DNA of 64,000 nt from Candidatus Marinacidobacterales bacterium (GTDB lineage Bacteria > Acidobacteriota > Vicinamibacteria > Marinacidobacterales > SMYC01): the NCBI GenBank assembly GCA_965237955.1, contig OZ250169.1, forward strand, positions 4,032,001-4,096,000, read 5' to 3'. Positions 29,775-40,578 of this stretch are shown in pieces. The first letter of the stretch is position 1, and each line of letters starts with the position of its first letter. The notes below the pieces were generated by a model. The model was not told the DNA's origin and did no database searches. It saw only the letters and a program-made list of their open reading frames with translations. The position numbers and the translations under genes are program-made.

Positions 29775-32501
29775 CTAGCTTGACTCCGCAGGCGAGGCCA
29801 CCAAGAGGGAAGAGTCCTGTTCCTCCGCACGAGCTTCTAGCCGTTTCCGGCCTCGTGGTTCTCGCGGCGTGCCTGGCTTGTTGGGCGTTCGACGCTTCTT
29901 TTCGGCTCCACCACACCGGCCACAGATGTCGCGATCCGACTCGACTTGGAGGTAAACACGCGGGCACTTCGTGCACGGCCGGTAGCCATGATTACCGAAG
30001 AGCGCCTCCCCGAGCGCAAAGTAGAGAGCGTCGAGAACATTGTGCCACTCCGTGCTCGCCTTCCAACCCTCTTGAATGTTGTATTCGTGCTTGAAGGACT
30101 TCCTCCGGGCGGCGCCAAGCACCTCGCGCACGCCTTCGGCCGCAGTTAGCCATGTGAGGTACTCTTCCTTGGTCCAGTGGTCTGGCGACTCCAGGACATT
30201 TCCTCCCAAACGCTCTAGCCAATCCATCACACGGGTCAGCTGAGCACCGTGGTCAGACTCGTCCTTGAACGGCTTCCGAGCGGATTTGAACCCACCCACT
30301 GGATTGGTCGAGTCAATGAGTCGCCTCTCGATCTCCTCAAAGGCTTCCAAGTTCTCCTTCAAGATCCTGAGCACCTCAGCTCGGATCTCCGTGCCGGGAG
30401 GCGAGTCTCTTCCCAGCGTGCCTGCGTGCGCTGGCGTCATGAGAACACCGAGGCGGAACAGAAATCGGAAACGTCGTTGCTCGCTCCAAAAGCGCTCGAG
30501 GGGGAGGCTCCAATCGAGCAGAGTGGGTATTCCCTTGTTGCCGGTATCGCTGGCGCCAACTGGTCGAGCCAACTTCAACTCATAATGTCCGTCCCAAAGA
30601 AGCGGACCGAACTTTTGGGTGAAGGACTTTGCTGCCTTGGCCGTTTCGCCATGCGCCGCTAGATTGGTGAATTCGAGGTGCGCACCGTCGAAAGGCACGA
30701 CGGCTTGTTTCTCGTCGGCAACCGGCCCCGTCGCTACACTGAGGAAGGATGGTGCTACCTCCCACAACGCCGCCGGCGACTCGTTTCGTCGCTGCGGGGC
30801 TCGTTTCACATGCCCGAGCAGCCGACCGCCTTGGGTCCGAATCCTCCTCAGCTTTAGCAGCGACTCAGCCTCGAAGAGCTTCGGAGCGGCGTGTCCTGCT
30901 TGCGACTCGTTCATCGCGTCACGTCTCTCCAGGACCATCAACCGGTTTTCCGTGACTCGATCCTCATAAGCTCGGCGAACCTGGGTCTCCACGGCTGGAT
31001 GGAGACCCAACAACGCGTTCAGGTCAACGCGATTCACGCTCAAAAGCTCCGTATTGGCGAGGGCAGTCACGGCAGCCTCGGGAGGTAAACCCCTCAAGAC
31101 GGAAAGCGCGTCAAAGAAATCGCCCTCTGCGAATGTGGCTACTCGAAGTCGCCGGCCCTGTTGCTGGCAAGTGACTTCCACTTCGCCCGTGCTCACGATG
31201 AGCATGGAGTCACTCGAGTCGGACGCCGAAAGAATCGCCGTACCCGCCTCCACCTTGCGGCGGACGAGCGTGCGGGCAACACCGGTAAGCTCTCGAGCGT
31301 TGAGTCCCGAGAAGAGTGGGATCCCGACTAGCTCATCGGTCGCGAGCGGTGCGGGCTCGCCCAACTCGGTGTCGCTATCGTTCCCGGATGGTATGGCGAG
31401 ATCGGTCCCTTCCGGCCGCAGCCAAGCGATGGCATCAGCGAGCTCTTAAGCGTTTAGAGCCGAGAAGAGTTGGGCTCCGATAGGATCGTCCGCCGCGAGC
31501 GGTGCGGGCTCGCCCACCAGGTTGTCGCTATCGTTCGATGATGGCGCGGTGAGATCGATCTCCTCCTGGAACCACGCGAACGCATCCGCGTCGCATTCGG
31601 CCACGCCAGGCACGGTCTCGACCATAATGTCGAGCTCCACTTCACCGCCACCTGCCGTTTCCTCTCCAGCGCTCGTCGAAGGTTCGTCAGCCGGCGGCGG
31701 GACGGCCACGGCCGCAGCCCAACTTTCAATCTCGATGCTTTCGGGTGGCGCGGTTTCACGCGAGCTCGCCTTTACTTCAAGCTCCGGCTCGGCTTCGCCG
31801 GTAGCCGCTTTCGTACTTTCCTTTTCAACCGAAAGCTCGCCAGCGTGGATTTCCGTTTGAGACATCTGAACCGGCGCATTGGACAGCGCATCGCTTCCCG
31901 AATCTGAATCGTGAGCGACGTCGAGTTTCGTGGCGGCCTGCGCATCGGCCTCGCTAGCTTCATGTGTTCTGGAACCAGTTCGAGGTTGCTTCATCCCGCC
32001 CGGGCCAGCCAATCTACCGAGCCAATTCCGCCACTTGAGATCCCGGGGCTCGGGAGAAGGCATCGAGCCGTTTGAGGAGTCGATCGAATTCTCAGACGTC
32101 GATACTGTTCGGTTCAAGAGAGTGGCATCCCGGGGCGGCGCCTTTCGAGGCGTGGTCTCCGTCGGAGTAGGTGTGGAGCTCGGTCCAACTGGAGCTGGTG
32201 CGCGGTCGACGATCGCCTGGCTGGGATCCAACTGGACGATTTTCTTGTTGAGGGCCAAAGCTTGGATCTTGAACCCCGCCTGCGCCAGCTCGTCAGCGAC
32301 CATCCGATATTGTCGGACGGCCTCATCGTCCCGCCCGGTAAGGGCCACGGCATCAGCATAACGGAGCCGGATTCGGGTATTCTTCGGATCCCTCTCGAGT
32401 AGCTGCTGAAACCAACCGAGCGCGCGCTCGTAATCTCCTTTCCGAATGCACTGCAGGATTTCTGCAAACGGATCCAGTTCTGTCTTGGAAAAAAACTTCA
32501 T
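29775..32501 (-). CDS. TPR + acidic linker + cNMP-binding domain + C-terminal Cys4 zinc-finger region; in-frame TAA at 31446
   Basis: ORFs 31446-32501 and 29775-31364 are in the same frame. cNMP motif IPLFSGL...SMLIVSTGEVEV...FAEGDFF...AAVTA; C-terminal CTKC..N11..ICGRC. Confidence 0.65.
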
Positions 32502-32879
32502 CGAGACTCCCGCTTGCCAAAGGGGGGACTGGACTTCGAGGGTTTCAGACTTTATGCTATGAGAACAATTATAAAGTGTAACCGGTTCATTGCCAAGCGT
32601 CGGAATCGATTAAAGATCGCAAGAAATCAATGACGGTTCGTCCGTTTTCTCTGAACCTACATGTCTTTGGCCGAGGGTCCAGCCGCCGTCTCGGTGTGGT
32701 TGTTGCACTACGCCGTATTGCTACTCTCTAGTGCTTGGCCGTATCCATTCGTGTCGGTAAGGGGATTCCCCCCCGAGCCATGGGGGAAACCCCGCGCTCA
32801 CGGCCCCTACGATGCCGATCTTGCGGAGAGATCCTGGGGAGCGAGGAGGGCACGTTTTTTGCTTTGCTGACCCAGAAGG

Positions 32880-34166
32880 ATGAGTTTGATGACTGACTTA
32901 GACGCAATATCCTACCAGGAACGGCTAGAGGAGCTCCTCGCAATCCTGGCTCAGCGTGGAAGCCTGGCGGCACTCCTCGTTGACCTAACGCAAGTCTCCC
33001 GAACAGAGCACGATTACGGCTCGAGTGCCTACGAGAGCGAGCTGGGCCGAGCGTCCGACCTCATCTTGAGGCTCATTGGGACGCAGGTGCGGACCGGCGA
33101 CATCCTTGCCACCAGCGAAAAGGCCAGAGATGCGTTCCTGGTCTTTCTATCTCCCCAGCGTATGCGGCAGGCCCTGCGCCTATCCGGGCTTCAGGCCGCG
33201 GCGGGACGCATCGAACACTACCTAAACCGATCGCTGGCCGAGCTGCCCTCACCCTACATGCGCAAGCCCTTGAATGTGACGGTCGGCTCCGCGATCGTGC
33301 TGCACAACCCGCTGGTGGCGCCGCAACGCCTCATTTCGCGTTTGGTGGACGAAGCCTGGGATTCTGTTCGTTTCCAGCGTCTTCAGCGTCAGTACCAGAA
33401 ACGTTCTCACCTCATGGAGATCCTCCTCAACCGAGAGATCACGACGCTCTATCAACCCATTGTGGACATGCGGACGGAGGCAGTGCTGGGCTACGAGGCT
33501 TTGAGTCGCGGCCCCGAGAGCACGACGATGGAAAGTCCGCTCGAGCTCTTTGAGGTAGCCGCCGAATCAGGCTTGACGTTCGAGCTCGACCAGCTCTGTC
33601 GGCGCTTGGCCCTCACCAGCTCCCGTGGCTTGCCGCCTTCAGCCAAAGTTTTCATCAACATCTTGCCTGCTACGACGTACGATCCCGAATTCAAGGCCGC
33701 GAACGTCTGTCGCGTCTTGGACAATCTAGGGCTGGCTCCTGAACAAGTGATCTTCGAGTTGACGGGGACGCACGAGATGGTGCACGACTCTACGCTCAAA
33801 AAGGCAATCGAAGACCTAGCTGAGAGCGGATTGAGCATTGCCGTGGACGACATCGGAGTTGGTGTTTCCCTGGAGAAGATCGCCCACCTGCGTCCCCGCT
33901 ATGTAAAGCCTGACGTGGAGCTCGTGCGAGAAATCCACAACGACTACGTGCGGCGCGAGACTATAAAAGCCATGAAAGTTCTCGCCGACCGGCTAGAGTG
34001 CACGATCATCGCCAAGGGAGTCGAGCGACCCGAAGAGCTCGAGACCCTGAAGGAACTTGGTGTCGAGTACGGCCAGGGTTTCCTGCTAGGTCTCCCGGAG
34101 CCTCGATTTGGTGAATCGCCCGCCGACTCCAAGAAGGTAGATTCGACCCTCCAGGAAAGCCGCTAA
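32880..34166 (+). CDS. Degenerate GGDEF-like + EAL domain protein
   Basis: YQPIV, YEALSRG, FINI, DDIG and QGFLLG motifs are present, but the protein has FELTG, YVKPD and IAKGVE instead of FEITE, IKID and AEGVE. Confidence 0.88.
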   Translation: MSLMTDLDAISYQERLEELLAILAQRGSLAALLVDLTQVSRTEHDYGSSAYESELGRASDLILRLIGTQVRTGDILATSEKARDAFLVFLSPQRMRQALRLSGLQAAAGRIEHYLNRSLAELPSPYMRKPLNVTVGSAIVLHNPLVAPQRLISRLVDEAWDSVRFQRLQRQYQKRSHLMEILLNREITTLYQPIVDMRTEAVLGYEALSRGPESTTMESPLELFEVAAESGLTFELDQLCRRLALTSSRGLPPSAKVFINILPATTYDPEFKAANVCRVLDNLGLAPEQVIFELTGTHEMVHDSTLKKAIEDLAESGLSIAVDDIGVGVSLEKIAHLRPRYVKPDVELVREIHNDYVRRETIKAMKVLADRLECTIIAKGVERPEELETLKELGVEYGQGFLLGLPEPRFGESPADSKKVDSTLQESR

Positions 34167-34169
34167 TGT

Positions 34170-34470
34170 CGAGAGAGCTGTTTCCGAGCGTGCGCCTGTA
34201 CCTGAAGAAAAGATTCTCGACGGCGCCCTGTCCGCCCTGTCCGCCCTCTCGACGATACCCTGACTCCCGCTGCCAGCCTTGGCGCCCGACTTTGCGAATC
34301 GTCTCGAGCGTCGCGTTCCGCTGCGCCCCACGTGCCCTCGGCGCCGTCCGCAGGCACCGCCCCTCGTCGAGGTGGGATCACGATCTTGATGTCCGCGGTG
34401 CCGACCTCACCGAGCAGCTCGTACACTGACCGCGTGTCGTAGGCCCCATCGGCTGTGAAACGGTCTCGAG
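34170..34470 (-). pseudogene. IS5 (IS903 group) transposase internal remnant
   Basis: FTADGAYDTRSVYE...IVIPPRRGA; frameshifted; its end GCTGTTTCCGAGCGTGCGC.TGTACCTGAAG is shared with about 63870-63900. Confidence 0.8.
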
Positions 34471-34481
34471 CTTGCTCAAGA

Positions 34482-35648
34482 TTACTCGTACACCATCCAA
34501 AGAGGACCGGGAAAGAGCCAGGACAGCCCCTCGCGACTCCGGTCACGCCAGTTTTCCCAGTTGTGACCGTCACGCGCTTCGACGTAGCGGATCTCCATGC
34601 CCGTCTTTTGAAGAAACGGCACCAGGGAGCGGTTCTCGTAAATATTCGCCTCGTAGGTGCCACAACTGACAAAGACTTTTTCGCTCACCGACTTCGGATC
34701 TTCACGATACGCGTTCATGAACTCCACGATCGGATCGAACGCCGGACCGCGCTGGTGCTGGCCGATATCGCTGAAAGCGAACGAGCCCGACTGCAGCAAT
34801 AGGCGTCCATAAAAACCGGGATACCGCCAGGCAGTGGAAAGCGCCGCCACCGCACCGAAGCTCGCACCCATGAGTCCCCGATGCTTGGGCGCTTTCAAGA
34901 GCGGAAGCTCGCTTTCGAGAAACGGAACGAGCTCTTCGGTGAGAAAGCGCGCATGGGGCTCATGGTTCGCATATTCCACCAACCGTTTTTCCGGATGGGT
35001 CATGGCGACGATCATCCCCGGAATCTCGAGACGAGTCATCAAATTGTCGAACACCGTCTTCAGGCCCGAGTACTTCAGGTAGTCCGGTCCATCGTGAACG
35101 ACCAGAAGCGGGTATCGCCTCGTGGTACGAAACCGAGCCGGCAAATAGAGCAACACCTGCCGTGTGCCCCCGAGGGCTTGGCTCTCGAACGCCATCTCCT
35201 TGAGCGTACCGGGGCGCGCATCGGGATCGGGCTGGGCCCATTCGGGAACCTCGTAGCCGGTCGTGTGGCACACGGAGTTCTCACCGAAAGGATCCGAGGC
35301 GCGGTGCGGATTGAGCGGGTCGAGGAGCCACTCCATCTTCCCGTGATGGGTCTGCTGAAGTTTGTACTCGATGCGAGAGTCGGGCGGAAGCTCCATCACC
35401 AAATACCACAGGTCGGTGCCCTCGACGTGTTTGAACAGCTGCGAGGAGGGGAGCCCGTAGATCCAGTGCCCGAGGTAGACCGCCTCGGCCGGCCCGCGGT
35501 ACACGAACGTCGTGTACGAACCTTCGTTCACAGGGAACTCGTGCTCTTCGATGAACGCGTCGATCTCCGCGCGGCTCGGCTTCTTGTCGGCGACGCTATG
35601 GATCGCGAGCTTGCGCTCGATAATCTGTTCCTGCTCGCGCGTTACCAC
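34482..35648 (-). CDS. Alpha/beta-hydrolase esterase (Fes/IroD-like) with N-terminal beta-sandwich
   Basis: EYK..LDPLNP, YLPA..YPLLVVHDG, GASFG nucleophile elbow and DGHNW motifs. Confidence 0.88.
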   Translation of the reverse strand: MVTREQEQIIERKLAIHSVADKKPSRAEIDAFIEEHEFPVNEGSYTTFVYRGPAEAVYLGHWIYGLPSSQLFKHVEGTDLWYLVMELPPDSRIEYKLQQTHHGKMEWLLDPLNPHRASDPFGENSVCHTTGYEVPEWAQPDPDARPGTLKEMAFESQALGGTRQVLLYLPARFRTTRRYPLLVVHDGPDYLKYSGLKTVFDNLMTRLEIPGMIVAMTHPEKRLVEYANHEPHARFLTEELVPFLESELPLLKAPKHRGLMGASFGAVAALSTAWRYPGFYGRLLLQSGSFAFSDIGQHQRGPAFDPIVEFMNAYREDPKSVSEKVFVSCGTYEANIYENRSLVPFLQKTGMEIRYVEARDGHNWENWRDRSREGLSWLFPGPLWMVYE

Positions 35649-36586
35649 GATGTCACCGTCTCCACCTCTCCGGCGGTTGCGAGGCGCTGCACCTCGTCGT
35701 GTGCCGACCACGCTTTGCCGTCCCAGGAAATACAGTCGCCATCACCCATAATGATGCAGAAGTCCGGGAGAAAACGTCTCGCGAACGACGCCACGCCGTG
35801 CCGCTCTTCGAGGTCGAGGCGTTTCCGCCCATCGGGCAGGGCGACGATACCGGGGCAGAGGCCGAGGCCTTCTTCGACGACCTCCGGGTTTCCCGGTCCT
35901 TGCGGTGGGTGATCGTGAAACAAAACCACGCGCTCGGTGAGCACCATGGCGCCCGCGGACCAGGCGATCAACGTCTTCCCATCGAGAAGCTCTTTCATAC
36001 CGAACAGCCGCAACCGATTCAATAGCACGGCGACATGCCCTCCAGTGATGACCACCGCGGGCGCGTTTGTGAGAAGACTTTTCACCTCTTCTCGTTCGTG
36101 CGCGATCGCGTCGCGCTCCACAGGCTTCCACTTCTGCTCGAACTCGGTTCGTATCTCGACGATGCGTTGTAAATGCCAGGCGTCGAGCTCGCGTAGCTGT
36201 TGGATCGCATGCTCCTGCTCGGGCTCGAGGACCTCTCGATGGCCGTCGGCAACGAGCAAGCGGCGAACGCTTTCGACGACGTACGACAGCCGCAAGTCGT
36301 AGAATCCCTCGACTTCGCGCAGCATACGCTGCATTTCGCGATGCGCTTCTCGAAACTCCGGATCGGTCCTGAACACATGATCGGCGCGCCGGTAGAGCTC
36401 CAGGTCCAGGGAGCGTCCATTCAAATAGGTGTCGAGCTCTTCATCCTCCCCTTCCCGCTCTTGCCAACCGGCAGTCACCACCGCGATGGGTCCATCGGGA
36501 AGATCGAGCTCCTCGAATCGCTCTCCGAGACTCGGAGCATGGTATTGCGGGCCGAGGAGCCAGATGGTTCGATTTTCCTTTGTCAC
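35642..36586 (-). CDS. Peptidase S51 / cyanophycinase-like (class I GATase fold)
   Basis: TAGWQERE, ITGGHVAVLLNRL and AWSAGAM motifs; GTG 36586 overlaps the upstream stop. Confidence 0.82.
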   Translation of the reverse strand: MTKENRTIWLLGPQYHAPSLGERFEELDLPDGPIAVVTAGWQEREGEDEELDTYLNGRSLDLELYRRADHVFRTDPEFREAHREMQRMLREVEGFYDLRLSYVVESVRRLLVADGHREVLEPEQEHAIQQLRELDAWHLQRIVEIRTEFEQKWKPVERDAIAHEREEVKSLLTNAPAVVITGGHVAVLLNRLRLFGMKELLDGKTLIAWSAGAMVLTERVVLFHDHPPQGPGNPEVVEEGLGLCPGIVALPDGRKRLDLEERHGVASFARRFLPDFCIIMGDGDCISWDGKAWSAHDEVQRLATAGEVETVTSW

Positions 36587-37037
36587 TCTGCCCTGACCTT
36601 CACCGTCTCTCCTGTACGGTCCAACATTCGACGCAGCTGATCGTAGTCCGGATGGCGCATGCGAATCCACGCGTTCGCCATGTAACCCTCGGTGACAGGC
36701 TGGGTCGGCTCTCCCGCACGGGGAAGTTTGGTGGACGTTCCCGGAATCGAAAGCGCCTCTCTCACGTGGGCCGCCGGGAGGATGTGGGCTTCGACGGTCG
36801 CTTCGAGCCGATCTACCGGAAGTTTCGAGCGCAGCCAACCGACCTTTTCCGCGACCGCCCCCTCGTCCACGACCGAACCGACTTGCTCGTAATGTGTCAA
36901 CCAACGCTTGAGGTCGTCGTCGAGCGAGTCCTTCGGACGCTCACCGATGCCGGTCACGACGACGCCAACGTCAGGAGCGCGCGGGCAAACTCCCGCTGAT
37001 TGTGCGGAAACGAAGGTTCGATGAGAATGACGTGCAC
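36583..37037 (-). pseudogene. ATP-grasp protein remnant (frameshift and large internal deletion)
   Basis: The N-terminus VHVILIEPSFPHNQREF...VTGIGE...VDRLEATVEAHILPAAHVREALSIPGT is joined directly to the C-terminus PTQPVTEGYMANAWIRMRHPDYD. The ATP-grasp core is absent. Confidence 0.7.
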
Positions 37038-37067
37038 GGCGCTGACCCCTGAAACGTGAGACAGCCG

Positions 37068-37150
37068 CTAATGTATCAGGAGTCGGCGATAGATCGCGAC
37101 ATAGCGCTCCGCCTGCTGCTCCCAGGAGAAATCTTCGGCCATGCCGTTGG
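37068..37150 (-). pseudogene. glgA: 3' remnant of glycogen synthase
   Basis: The minus strand reads NGMAEDFSWEQQAERYVAIYRRLLIH*, the GlgA/GT5 C-terminal motif. Confidence 0.6.
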
Positions 37151-37405
37151 TCACCACCGCTCCCGAGAATGTTGAGGCAATGGTATCTGTTCCTTAAGCA
37201 TTGTACCGCAGTGAAAGACACGGTGAAGGTCGTCGGTACGGCGCGCCATTCCGCCGCCTATCATCTCCTGCGCGTCTGGCATGGTCTCCCGCCACTGCCC
37301 TACCTCGGGCAACAGCTTGCCTACATCCGAGACGATGAAAGCCTAAACCACGTCTGAACCATTCCCGCGTTGGGGTATTTTGCGCGCGGGGTTTACAATG
37401 TGCCG

Positions 37406-40048
37406 ATGTCACTTGCCCCCGACACCCGTCTGAACGCCTACCGCATCCTCAGCCTGCTCGGCAAGGGCGGCATGGGGGAGGTATATCGCGCCGATGACAC
37501 CAAGCTGAAGCGCGAGGTCGCGATCAAAATCCTTCCCGAAGCTTTCGCCCGCGACGAAGAGCGGTTGAAGCGCTTCGAGCGCGAGGCGCAGATGCTGGCC
37601 TCACTCAACCATCCCAACATCGCGTCTATCTACGGTCTCGAAGAAGACGGCGGCCGGCTGTTCCTGGTGCTCGAGCTCGTCGAGGGGCCGACGCTCGCGG
37701 AGCGCATCCAAGAAGGGCCGATTCCTCTCGAGGAAGCTCTTCGCATCGCGCGCCAGATTGCCGAAGCGCTCTTCGAAGCTCACGAGAAGGGGATCATCCA
37801 TCGCGATCTGAAGCCGGCTAATGCGAAGCTGACGCCGGAGGGTCAGGTCAAAGTTCTGGACTTCGGTTTGGCGAAAGCGTTTTCCGGAGACACCGTAGAA
37901 GGCCGGGCGTCGAGCGAGCTCTCGCAATCACCCACGCTCTCGCGCCAGGCGACAGCGGCCGGTCTCATCCTCGGCACCGCGGCCTATATGTCTCCCGAAC
38001 AAGCGAAGGGAAAAAAGTGGACCGGCGGACCGACGTCTGGGCGTTCGGTGTCGTGCTTTATGAAATGCTGACGGGAAAGCGCCTCTTCGATGGCGAGGAT
38101 GTCTCGGAAACACTCGCCGCGGTGCTGCGCGCCGAGCCCGACTGGGGTGCACTGCCGGCCGAAACACCCTCGGCGATTCGACGACTGCTTCGGCGCGCGC
38201 TCACCAAAAACCGTCGCGAGCGCCTGGGGGACATTGGTGACGCTCGCCTGGAGATTAAGGAGACCGAAACCGAGACTGAGGACGCCCCGAAAGCAGAAGC
38301 TTCCGCGCCGAGCAAGCGCTCGATGCCTCTCTTGCTCGCGGGTTTGTTCTTGATCGCGATCACCACGGTCCTCGCATGGAGTCTTTGGCGTTCCGGATCG
38401 GAGCCGGGCACCGTCACCCGCTACACGCTCGTCTTCCCCGAGACCGACCACGTGAGCATCAACAGCGGTCTCGCCTGGTCGCCTGACGGTAAGCTCCTCG
38501 CTTACCCGGCAAGTCGGGACGGTGTGGTGCAGTTGTTCTTACGGGCGCGCGACCGTCTCGAGCCGATCCCGCTCCCGGATACCGAAGGGGCGATGAGCCC
38601 GTTCTTCTCGCCCAACGGCGAGTGGGTCGGTTTCTTCACGGGCGATAGTCTCAAGAAGGTGGCGGTGGACGGCGGGCCCGTCCGTGACGCTCTGTCCGAC
38701 AAACCACAGATACGGGGCGACGTGGGGCCCCAACGACACCATCGTGTTCGCCTCGTTGAGTGCGCCCGGCCTCATGCGCGTTCCGGCGGCGGGAGGGGAG
38801 CCGACACTTCTGACAACGCCCGACCCGGAAGAGGGCCGCCACAACTGGCCCGAGTTTCTGCCGGACGGCAGAGCCGTTCTCTTTACGATCTCGAAGGGCC
38901 GACCTATCTCGGACAAGAAGATCGCGGTGTTGTCGCTCGAGTCGGGGGAAATGAAAATCTTGGTAGATGGAATGGGCCCGCGGTTTGCCGCGTCCGGCCA
39001 TCTCGTCTTCGGGCGGGAGGCATCGCTCTGGGCGGTGCCATTCGATCCCGATAGGCTCACTGTCGAAGGCACACCGGCGCCCGTCGTCGAAGATGTGCAG
39101 GTCAATGCCGGCGGTGGCAGGGCGCTCTACGACGTGGCGCCGGACGGCTCCCTTGCTTACCGATCGGGGCGGGCCTGGTTTGGGAACCTCAACGCTATCG
39201 ATCGCGAAGGAGCGTCCACGCCCCTCGTCGACGAGCCGCGCTTTTACACGGAGCCACGGTTCTCTCCGGATGGACGGCGCATCGCCGTCCGGGCGGACAG
39301 CGATATCTGGATACTCAACGTCGCCCGCGGCACCCTCAGCCGGCTCACCGTGGGGGGAGCGCGGGCGCCGGTGTGGACGCCGGATGGAGCTCGAGTCACC
39401 TTTTCAGGCAGCGCAGGAAGTGGAGCCGAGGGCGTCTTCTGGAAACCGGCGGACGGAAGCGGGGAGGCGGAGCAGCTCGCGAGCCTCGAGCATCGATCAC
39501 GGCTCGGCTCGTGGTCTCCCGACGGCGAAACGCTGGTATTCAACGTATTGCATCCGTCCACGGGATGGGATCTCTGGGTGTTGCCGCGAGACGGCCAACC
39601 GCAACCGTTCCTCGCGACACCCTTCGCGGAACGACAACCCGAGCTCTCACCGGACGGACGGTGGCTTCTCTATTCCTCGGACGAGTCCGGCCGAATCGAG
39701 GTCTATCTCCAGCCGTATCCCGGTCCGGGCCAGCGCATCAAAGTGTCGACGGCAGGCGGAACCGAGCCAAGCTGGTCCCGTGACGGCCGCGAGATCTTCT
39801 ACCGGGATGGCGCACGAGGCGACCTGATGGTGGTGTCGTTCGATGCTCGGGCCGAGCCTTCCGTGGGTCAACCTCGCTTTCTTTTCGAGGCGGGTGACCA
39901 ACTCGTCGGAACGTTCGGTCGTAGGCACTATGACATTTCGCCCGACGGACGGCGCTTCGTGACGGTTTCGTTCGGCTTACGGCTCGGAGAGATTCCCGTC
40001 GTCCTCAACTGGCACGAAGAGCTGAAAGAGCGCGTTCCCACGGAGTGA
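37406..40048 (+). CDS. Ser/Thr kinase + TM + PD40/TolB-like propeller; frameshifts near 38015 and 38685
   Basis: LGKGGMGEVY, HRDLKPAN, DFGLAK, GTAAYMSPEQ, DVWAFG and SPDG repeats are spread across three consecutive ORFs. Confidence 0.88.
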
Positions 40049-40252
40049 CATGGGACACTTTGACCTGGCACCCGGCACCCGACTCGGCCAGGGGAAAAAA
40101 GGGGACAGGTACTGAAGAATCCCCACCAAGTCTTTCGTAGGAACGGAAAAACGCCACAGAAGTACAGAGCCACAGAGGGCACGGTGCGCGCGTCAAGGCT
40201 TCCCTCGCCTCGCTCTGCGCTTCGCGACCCTGACACAGGGCGACACGCACTA

Positions 40253-40349
40253 CGCGCCGTGGTGATTCGATAAGTGGGCGATGTGCGGACGGGGCGCCGG
40301 CACCAGGTTGGGGCGTCGTGCTTGGGGTAACTGTGTCCGGACACAGTTG
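40253..40349 (-). repeat. Left inverted unit of the HNH locus, ending in a perfect 20-bp palindrome
   Basis: AACTGTGTCCGGACACAGTT at 40329-40348; the reverse complement of 40253-40349 aligns with 41644-41766. Confidence 0.75.
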
Positions 40350-40578
40350 GTGTGAGCGCTTTAGAAAAAAAGTAGAACAAAACCAAAGTTTTGCTTGACA
40401 GCCTTTTGGAAGCGCTTTGGAAAAAAGCGTAGATGCGCTCTGTCGTGCGCCTGTACGTGCGTTAGAGACACGATGGTCGCCTTGTCGTCGTCGTCGAGAC
40501 TTCGAAAGAGGGTTGACGTCTCGGCGCTTCGCACACGCGAAATGCGAGCGACGAAAAAGTCCATGCTATAAGAAACAA

